A model generated the notes under the pieces. The model did not search any database. It was not told the origin of the DNA and saw only the letters and a list, made by a program, of their open reading frames with translations. A stretch of 14,960 nt of DNA, from contig JACRKZ010000022.1 in the NCBI GenBank assembly GCA_016235455.1, forward strand, positions 1-14,960, in the 5' to 3' direction. The position numbers were made by a program, and so were the translations under genes. Below are positions 7,207-13,554 of the stretch, in pieces (within the stretch, counting starts at the first letter, position 1; the number at the start of each line of letters is the position of its first letter). The stretch comes from Armatimonadota bacterium. Its GTDB lineage: Bacteria > Armatimonadota > UBA10988.

Positions 7207-7704
7207 TTCGCTGCTCGCCGTGGCGCGCGACCTGTCCGCTCTGGATCCGAGGCGGCCCCGGCAGGCTTCTCTCCGTCGCGCGGTGTCGACGGCGTATTAC
7301 GCACTGTTCCATCTGCTGGCCGGCGAGGCAGCCAGACGGATGTGCGGCGCCGACGCCAGACTTCGCGAGTCTGCCTTTCGCGACTTCACGCATAGCGGCG
7401 TGAAGTCGGTCATCGCCGATTCGCTCATGCCAGCAGCGAACCGCCCCAAGCGGCTACAGGAGTTGCTCGGCAGCGCGGCGCTGAGCCCCCAACTCCAGGA
7501 CGTCTGCCAGGCCTCCACGACTCGCTCGCCGAGCGTGAGCGAGCCGACTATGAGTTGGGCAGGTACTACCGTCGATCGATGGTCACGCTTCTGCTCTCTC
7601 AGGTGGAGCGCGCCTTCGCCTCGTGGCAGGCCGTGCGAGCCACCGAGCAAGGTCAGCAGTTCATGATGGCGCTCGTGCTTTACAGTCGCGGCCGGAGCCG
7701 CTGA
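7193..7704 (+). pseudogene. HEPN-domain protein, frameshifted near 7514 (true pseudogene or sequence error)
   Basis: N-terminal half from ATG 7193: LLAVARDL...LRRAVSTAYYALFH...FTH. The expected C-terminal half HDSLAERERADYEL...FMMALVL is in the -1 frame and ends at TGA 7702-7704. Inserting one T (GCC TTC CAC) restores a 170-aa protein. Confidence 0.8.
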
Positions 7705-7753
7705 CCAGAGCGGCGCCGAGCCGCCACCACGGCCCGGCACCACGCTGCCAGCC

Positions 7754-8614
7754 CTACTTCGCCGGCGTCATCGCCGGCAACTGGATCATCGGCGTCGCGT
7801 CGCCACTGACGGTGGGCAACTTGCCATCCCACTTGGTCACGGCGTCCTTCTGGTTCTGCACCTGTTGCCAGCGGACCATGGTGTCGGTCAGGCTGGCCTG
7901 CAACTCGCGGTTAGCCTCGGCTTGACCCTTGGCCTCCTCGATCTTCTGCTGCGCCAGCGCCTTGGACTCACGCACCTTGTTCTCGGCGGCCACGGCCTGG
8001 TTGGTCGCGGCGATGCTGGCCGTGATGGAGTCCTGGATCTTGGGGTCGAGCCGCAGATCGGAGATGAACGACAGCATCTCCACGCGGAACCCGTCCGGCT
8101 CGAGCTTCTTGATCAGGTCGGCCTTGACCGCCTCCAGCAGCTTGCCCTTCTCCTCGCCGTAGATCTTGACGATCGGCATGGTCGAGGCGCGCACGTTCAG
8201 CGCGTCACGCACCTGGCTGCGGAGATTGGTGGCGACTATTTCGTCGATCGGCCGGCGGAACTTCTGGAACAGCACCGGCACCTTCTCAGGGTCAAGCGTG
8301 AAGGCCAGCGACACGTCGACGTTGATCTGCGCGCCTTCGGCAGAGTTGAAGCGCATGGCCTGGTCGACGGCGGCGCCCTCGTCCTTGCTCATCGTCCAGT
8401 TGACCGTCTGCATGAACGTGGGGAACCGGTAGATCGTCTCGGTCATGGGGTTGAAGGCCACGCGGCCCGTGCCGATGGGTTTGGCTTCGACGCCTTTCTT
8501 GCGGCCCAGCGCATTGACCTTGATGCCCACATAGCCCGGCGGGATGCTGGCGCAGCCGGTCAGGAACACAAACGACAGGGACAGCAGAATCCCCATTCTT
8601 CTCGCGGTTCTCAT
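7754..8614 (-). CDS. SPFH/Band 7 (prohibitin-like) domain lipoprotein, 286 aa
   Basis: ATG 8614, lipobox FLTG|C21. Contains IPPGYVGIKV, FPTFMQTVNW, an Ala/Glu/Gln-rich coiled coil (AVAAENKVRESKALAQQKIEEAKGQAEAN) and the C-terminal KWDGKLP typical of this SPFH subgroup. Confidence 0.9.
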   Translation of the reverse strand: MRTARRMGILLSLSFVFLTGCASIPPGYVGIKVNALGRKKGVEAKPIGTGRVAFNPMTETIYRFPTFMQTVNWTMSKDEGAAVDQAMRFNSAEGAQINVDVSLAFTLDPEKVPVLFQKFRRPIDEIVATNLRSQVRDALNVRASTMPIVKIYGEEKGKLLEAVKADLIKKLEPDGFRVEMLSFISDLRLDPKIQDSITASIAATNQAVAAENKVRESKALAQQKIEEAKGQAEANRELQASLTDTMVRWQQVQNQKDAVTKWDGKLPTVSGDATPMIQLPAMTPAK

Positions 8615-8793
8615 CGACGTACTCGCTTTCGGAGCAGGCAGAAGCCCGCCACGCTCACGTGGACAAAGGCCAGCGCCAGGGCGACGCCGAGCCAGACCTG
8701 CCCATCGGACGGGGCATTGATCAACTCGGCGCACCTGCTCCACACCGCACAGAGCAGGAGCAGATAGGCAATGGCTGGCACGATGTACCGCAT
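8611..8793 (-). CDS. Small two-TM membrane protein (60 aa) coupled to the SPFH gene
   Basis: AAGGTG SD before ATG 8793. Two hydrophobic segments joined by LINAPSDGQV, with a basic cytoplasmic tail RKRVRR. Its TGA overlaps the SPFH ATG (ATGA). Confidence 0.7.
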   Translation of the reverse strand: MRYIVPAIAYLLLLCAVWSRCAELINAPSDGQVWLGVALALAFVHVSVAGFCLLRKRVRR

Positions 8794-8799
8794 GGCGCA

Positions 8800-8824
8800 C
8801 CTTCGCTACTGGCCGTAGCGAAGG
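8800..8824. promoter_or_regulatory. Perfect 10-bp stem-loop covering the SD of the 60-aa gene
   Basis: CCTTCGCTAC-tggcc-GTAGCGAAGG. No U-tract on either side. Confidence 0.5.
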
Positions 8825-8861
8825 CCGAGGCGGTATCGTTCCCCGGGCTGTAGTGTGGTCG

Positions 8862-10202
8862 CTAGAGTGTCCAGCCCGCGCGGTACGGCACCTTGACCCA
8901 TACCGCCGCGTCGTCGCGGTTGGTGACCTTGAGGTTGCCCGCATCCCATTCGATGCGCGCGTCGAGTCGCTTGGCCACGTTGCCGAGCAGGCACATCTCG
9001 GTCAGCGGGCCGCTGTAGGCGAAGTCGGCGCCGGCCTTCTTGCCTTCGCGGATGGCACGGACCCAGTCCATCTCGTGGTTCTCTTCGGGCACGCGCGGGA
9101 TGGTCGGCGCGGGCCGCTTGTAGCCCTCCTGCAAGGCCTGGGGCAGGAGGAACGGGCTGCCGCCGTAGACGCCGGCGACGATCCTGCCTTCGCTGCCGTT
9201 GAAGATGATGCCGCCCTCGTCGGGCAGGTCGATGTCCTGGGGCAGTTCCTCGGGCCGCGGCGGACGGGTGCCCTCGTACCAGGTGAGCTTGAGCGGTGGC
9301 AGGCCGGCCCGCGCGGGGAAGCGGTAGGTGACGATGGCCGACAGCGGATGCGTGTCGGGATTGAGGCCGCAGGAGGTGGCCTCGATACTGCTGGGCGCAC
9401 CCAGCTTGAGCGCCCAGAAGGCCGAATCGAGCGTGTGTGCGCCGCGGTCGCCCATCATGCCCACGCCGAAATCCCACCAGCAGCGCCAGGTGGTTGGGTG
9501 GTAGGCGCGGTGATAAGGCCGCTCGGGCGCCGGTCCCAGCCACAGGTCCCAGTTGAGCCCTTGGGGTATCGGCATGGTCTCCTTGGGCCGCGCCCCCCAC
9601 TGCGAGCTCCAGCCGGCATGGCCCCAGGGGTAGTACGACAGGCTGCACCAGGCGTCGACGCTGCGCACCTCGCCGATGGCGCCGGCCCAGATCCACTCGC
9701 AGATCTTGCGGATCCCGCCGCCCGAATGGCCCTGGATGCCCATCTGCGTGACCACTTTGGTCTCGGCGGCGATGGTGGCGAGCTGGCGCGCCTCCCACAC
9801 CGAGTGGGTCAACGGCTTCTGGCAGTAGACATGCTTGCCCGCGCGCATGGCCGCCGCGGCAATGACCGCGTGGGTGTGGTCAGGCGTGGCGATGACTACG
9901 GCGTCCAAGTCCTTCTGTTGGGCAAACAGCTCGCGGTAGTCGGTGTAGAACTTGGCCCCAGGGAATCGGGCTACGGTGCCCGCGGCATAGTTGGCATCGA
10001 CATCGCACAGGGCGACGATGTTTTCGCCGGTGAGCCGCGCCAGATTGCCACCGCCCATGCCGCCGATGCCGATGCCGGCGATGTTCAGCTTGGTGCCCGC
10101 GGCTGGCGCCTGGGCGCGGGCCGGGGCCGACAGGCCGGCCAGCGCGGCGGCCGCCGCGGCTTGCTGCAAGAAGTGGCGACGACCCGTGGACGGCTCGTTC
10201 AT
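8862..10202 (-). CDS. Tat-exported Gfo/Idh/MocA family NAD(P)-dependent oxidoreductase, 446 aa
   Basis: ATG 10202 after GAGGGAG. Tat signal TGRRHFLQQ...ARA|Q, Rossmann GIGIGGMG, DAVVIATPDHTH, GKHVYCQKP, WDLWLGPAP, WWDFGVGMMGDRGAHTLD. Confidence 0.93.
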   Translation of the reverse strand: MNEPSTGRRHFLQQAAAAAALAGLSAPARAQAPAAGTKLNIAGIGIGGMGGGNLARLTGENIVALCDVDANYAAGTVARFPGAKFYTDYRELFAQQKDLDAVVIATPDHTHAVIAAAAMRAGKHVYCQKPLTHSVWEARQLATIAAETKVVTQMGIQGHSGGGIRKICEWIWAGAIGEVRSVDAWCSLSYYPWGHAGWSSQWGARPKETMPIPQGLNWDLWLGPAPERPYHRAYHPTTWRCWWDFGVGMMGDRGAHTLDSAFWALKLGAPSSIEATSCGLNPDTHPLSAIVTYRFPARAGLPPLKLTWYEGTRPPRPEELPQDIDLPDEGGIIFNGSEGRIVAGVYGGSPFLLPQALQEGYKRPAPTIPRVPEENHEMDWVRAIREGKKAGADFAYSGPLTEMCLLGNVAKRLDARIEWDAGNLKVTNRDDAAVWVKVPYRAGWTL

Positions 10203-10290
10203 GGCTGCAAACTCCCTCGATCGCCGGCCGATTCGCCCTCGTTCGGGTCCCCACCTCCCGCAATTCGGGCCGCGCGGGCCATCTTGGTAG

Positions 10291-10462
10291 TTATCCACAA
10301 CGGTGCTGCGGATAACTTCGGTGGCCGGGAGTCCGACTCGTCCCTGGCGGTCGTTGCCCAACGCGCGCCGAGCCGCATGTCCAGCGGATTTGCCGCCTGT
10401 CAAGTGAATCTGGATCGGCTTGCCAAGCGCCTCGGCCGCGCGGTGGATAACTCGGTGGAAAA
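10291..10462. promoter_or_regulatory. Cluster of four DnaA-box-like 9-mers in a divergent intergenic region
   Basis: TTATCCACA 10291-10299 (+, consensus). On the minus strand: TTATCCGCA 10307-10315, TTATCCACC 10442-10450 and TTTTCCACC 10454-10462. Confidence 0.55.
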
Positions 10463-10491
10463 GGTCCCTCGGAGACGCGGCAGGAGACGGT

Positions 10492-10508
10492 TACAATGGC
10501 GTTAGAAT
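10492..10508 (+). promoter_or_regulatory. Candidate -10 elements for the respiratory operon
   Basis: TACAAT (10492-10497) and TAGAAT (10503-10508), 11 bp apart. No clear -35. This would imply a ~260-nt leader. Confidence 0.3.
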
Positions 10509-10771
10509 GCGGCTTTGCGAGGGTGTAGGGGGCCATGCACGGCCATGCGACGACAGCGGGTGCCGCGGTTCGTCCGACTCGTCGAGAGCGCTATGCTGGG
10601 TCCTCGGCAGCGCGGCCGGCCTGGGTGGTTCGACAGTCGTCCGAGCGCCGAGTTCTTCGCTCGCCAAAACCTTCCGGCGGGCACCCAACAGGTCCTGTCA
10701 CATGGCGGTTGTGTTGCACACTAGGGAAGCTGAGCGGCCCGAGCCGCCGCGGAAGTGAGAGGATGGTAGAC

Positions 10772-11908
10772 ATGGGTCAATTCCCCGCCATCGATGTGAT
10801 CCCATTGCCGGCACCGGTCTGGCTGTTCAAGCTGCTGCATGTGCTGCTGCTGTCGCTGCATTTCGTCTGTGTTCAGGCGATGCTTGGCGGGTTGCTTGTC
10901 GCCGCGTTGTGGAGCCTGAAGGGCGGTCGCACGGCGGGCAGCCTGTTGGGTGAGGCCTCGCGCCAGGTGACGCGCACGCTGCCCACGCTCATGACCTATG
11001 TGATCAACCTCGGCGTGCCGCCGCTGTTGTTCGTGCAGGTGCTGTTCGGCCATGCGTTCTATGCGGCCAGCATCGTCATCGGCGCCTGGTGGATCAGCGT
11101 CATCCTCCTGCTGGTATGCATGTACTACCTGTTGTACGTGGCCAGCCAGCGTGCGCTAGACCAGCGGCCCTACTGGGGTGCTCTGGCCGCCTCGCTGCTG
11201 CTTGGCGTGGTCATCGCGTTCATCTACAGCACGTTGATGACGCTCATGCTGCGGCCCGAGCAGTGGGCTGACCTGTATGCGCTCAACGCGCATGGCACGT
11301 CGCTGCCGCCCCTCGACCCGACCAAGCTGCCCCGCTGGGGCTACATGCTGTGCGGCGGTCTGACGGTCGGCGGCGTGGCCGTGGTGGCGCTGGGCTCGAT
11401 GCGCTTCCAGCGCGCCGAGCTGCGCGAGGTCATGTTCCGCGAAGGCGGGCGCATCGCCGCGCTCGGCGTGGTGCTGCAGATGGTCATGGCCACGCTGGTC
11501 GCCACCCGGCAGCCGCTGGTGGTGCATGACCTGATCGGCGAGAGCTTCTTCTACCACGGCATGCAGTTGCTGTGGGTGCCCGCGGCGCTGGTGGTGCTGG
11601 CGCTGGCCGGCTTCCTGGCCACCCGGGCGTCGACCGTGTCGGCCGACGCCGCCAAAGCCAGGCGGATCGGCTGGGGCGCCTCGCTGGCGGCCGTGGTGCT
11701 GACGCTGGTGGCCGCGGCTTACCGCGACGGCGTGCGCGACCTGACGCTGAAGGCCAAGGGCTTCGATGTGTGGAGCCTGCCGGTGACCCCCAACTACCTC
11801 GTGCTGACCATGTTCCTGGTGGTCACGGTGATCACGTTGGCCATCGTGGGCATCCTGATCGCCACGGTGGTGCGGGCCCAGCCGGCCGAGGAGGCAGTGA
11901 CCCAATGA
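10772..11908 (+). CDS. Polytopic membrane protein, second (CydA-fold paralogue/subunit II-like) subunit of a cytochrome bd-like reductase, 378 aa
   Basis: ATG 10772, 9 nt after GAGAGG. Roughly 9-10 TM segments. Motifs IPLPAP..LF..L...LHF....LGG, INLGVPPLLFVQVLFG..FY, LMLRPEQW and RDGVRD loosely parallel the CydA-like gene at 13555. First gene of a coupled operon. Confidence 0.65.
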   Translation: MGQFPAIDVIPLPAPVWLFKLLHVLLLSLHFVCVQAMLGGLLVAALWSLKGGRTAGSLLGEASRQVTRTLPTLMTYVINLGVPPLLFVQVLFGHAFYAASIVIGAWWISVILLLVCMYYLLYVASQRALDQRPYWGALAASLLLGVVIAFIYSTLMTLMLRPEQWADLYALNAHGTSLPPLDPTKLPRWGYMLCGGLTVGGVAVVALGSMRFQRAELREVMFREGGRIAALGVVLQMVMATLVATRQPLVVHDLIGESFFYHGMQLLWVPAALVVLALAGFLATRASTVSADAAKARRIGWGASLAAVVLTLVAAAYRDGVRDLTLKAKGFDVWSLPVTPNYLVLTMFLVVTVITLAIVGILIATVVRAQPAEEAVTQ

Positions 11909-12459
11909 GCGAGGAAAAGGAACAGGCTGTGGACCAGCCGGCGGTCGAAGCGGCCGAACCGGTCGAGCCCGAGGCGGGGTGCTGCTGCCGCTGCGGTGAG
12001 CAGTCCGCCGACGAGCCCAGCGCGCCTGGCCGGCGCGCGGCCCTGGCCGCCGTGGTCGGCGGCGTGGGCTTGGTCTATGCCGCGGGGCTGGCCTATCCCG
12101 TCTACAAATACCTGGCCACGGCGGCGGAGCTGTCGGCGGCCGAGGAGAAGCAGACCGAGATCAGCCTGGACGGCGCCGACACCATGGCGCCGGGCACGGC
12201 CATGGTCTTCAAATTCGGTGGCCGGCCCACGCTGCTCATCCATCATCCCGACAGCACCTGGTCGGCGATGACAGCGGTGTGCACGCATCTGGGTTGCACG
12301 GTCGCCTATCAGGCCGACCAGAACCGCATCCACTGCGCCTGCCACGGTGGTGTGTACGACCCCAAGACGGGTGCCAACGTCTCCGGTCCGCCGCCCAAGC
12401 CGCTGAAGACCTACGCCGTGGCGGTTGCCGCCGGGAAAGTGGTGGTGTCCCGTGCCTAA
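11905..12459 (+). CDS. Rieske [2Fe-2S] subunit of a Rieske/cytochrome b complex, 184 aa
   Basis: ATGA overlap and GAGGAGG SD. Tat-type RR plus TM anchor (GRRAALAAVVGG...YPVYKYL). Box 1 CTHLGC, box 2 CACHGGVY, and GPPPKPL loop. Confidence 0.95.
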   Translation: MSEEKEQAVDQPAVEAAEPVEPEAGCCCRCGEQSADEPSAPGRRAALAAVVGGVGLVYAAGLAYPVYKYLATAAELSAAEEKQTEISLDGADTMAPGTAMVFKFGGRPTLLIHHPDSTWSAMTAVCTHLGCTVAYQADQNRIHCACHGGVYDPKTGANVSGPPPKPLKTYAVAVAAGKVVVSRA

Positions 12460-13540
12460 GCTCAAGGAGTTCTGCTGCACGGCCTGGAACTGGCTCGATG
12501 AGCGGCTCGGCATCGCGCCGCTGGTGGAGCACGCCAAGCACAAGACCGTGCCGCAGCACAAGCACTCGTTCTGGTACTACTGGGGCGGCCTGTGCCTGTT
12601 CTTCTTCATTGTGCAGGTACTCACCGGCCTGATGCTGATGGTCTACTATCGGCCGGGTCCCGATGCCTACGACTCGGTCCGCCGGATCACCACCGAGGTG
12701 CAGTTCGGCTGGCTGGTGCGCTCCATGCACTCGTGGTCGGCCAACCTGATGGTCTTCGCGGTGATGGTGCACATGTTCAGCGTGTTCTTCATGAAGGCCT
12801 ACCGCCGGCCCCGCGAGTTCGGCTGGTGGACCGGCCTGGGGCTGCTGGGCGCGGTCATGGTGTTCGGCTTCTCGGGCTACCTCCTGCCCATGGACGACCT
12901 GGCCTTCTTCGCCACGCGCGTGGGCCTCAGCGTCCCCGAGATCATGCCGGGCGCCAAGCCGATCATCACCGCCATCGCCCGCGGCGGCGGCGATGTGGGC
13001 CCCAACACCGTGCAGCGCTTCTTCCTGCTGCACGTCATGCTGTTGCCCATGATCTTCTCGGCGCTGCTGGGCATCCACCTGTGGCTGGTGCAGAAGCACG
13101 GCAACGCGGTGCCGCAGAGCGAAGCCGACAAGCCTGAGGAAGCGCGCCGCAGCGTGCCGTTCTTCCCCAACTTCATGCTGCGCGACGTGGCGGTGTGGCT
13201 GCTGATGCTCAACCTCTTGGCCATGCTGGCCGCCTTCTTCCCCTGGAAGTTGGGCGTGCCTGCTGACCCGTTGGCGGCGGCTCCGGCGGGCATCCACCCC
13301 GAGTGGTACTTCATGAGCCAGTTCGTCGTGCTCAAGATCCTGGGCAACTGGTTGCCCGGTGTGCTGGGCGAGTATGCGGGCGTCGGCCTGTTTACCGCCG
13401 GCATGGTCCTGTGGGGCCTGATACCGCTGTTCGACCCCGAGACGGCTGGTGGCAAGCGTGGCCGGCAGGTGACGTACTTCGGCCTGTTCGTGCTCGTTGC
13501 TCAGATCGTCCTGACCGTGTTGGCCTACCGACTGGCCTGA
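12452..13540 (+). CDS. Cytochrome b of a Rieske/cyt b complex (b6-like N-domain and subunit IV-like C-domain in one chain), 362 aa
   Basis: GTG 12452 overlapping the Rieske stop. Contains W.DERL, YYWGG, heme ligands RSMH-x13-H and LLH-x14-H, FSGYLLP, PFFPNF..RD and Qo motif HPEWYF. About 7 TM helices. Confidence 0.95.
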   Translation: MPKLKEFCCTAWNWLDERLGIAPLVEHAKHKTVPQHKHSFWYYWGGLCLFFFIVQVLTGLMLMVYYRPGPDAYDSVRRITTEVQFGWLVRSMHSWSANLMVFAVMVHMFSVFFMKAYRRPREFGWWTGLGLLGAVMVFGFSGYLLPMDDLAFFATRVGLSVPEIMPGAKPIITAIARGGGDVGPNTVQRFFLLHVMLLPMIFSALLGIHLWLVQKHGNAVPQSEADKPEEARRSVPFFPNFMLRDVAVWLLMLNLLAMLAAFFPWKLGVPADPLAAAPAGIHPEWYFMSQFVVLKILGNWLPGVLGEYAGVGLFTAGMVLWGLIPLFDPETAGGKRGRQVTYFGLFVLVAQIVLTVLAYRLA

Positions 13541-13554
13541 AGCGAGGCGCCGTC

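Noticed and set aside
7705-7753. Bidirectional terminator between the convergent HEPN and SPFH genes
   Set aside because: Only a weak 5-bp GC stem with no U-tract.
8853-10505. 550-aa plus-strand ORF, and similar antisense ORFs 7865-8767, 12236-13297 and 13525-14817
   Set aside because: Antisense mirrors of strongly GC3-biased real genes with no motifs of their own.
10420-10771. Small ORFs or a structured ncRNA/riboswitch in the leader of the respiratory operon, and a short TGTG-ttg-CACA palindrome near 10710-10720
   Set aside because: No SD, coding bias or recognisable RNA family. The palindrome spacing does not fit Rex or FNR/CRP consensus. An Rfam/Infernal search would be needed.
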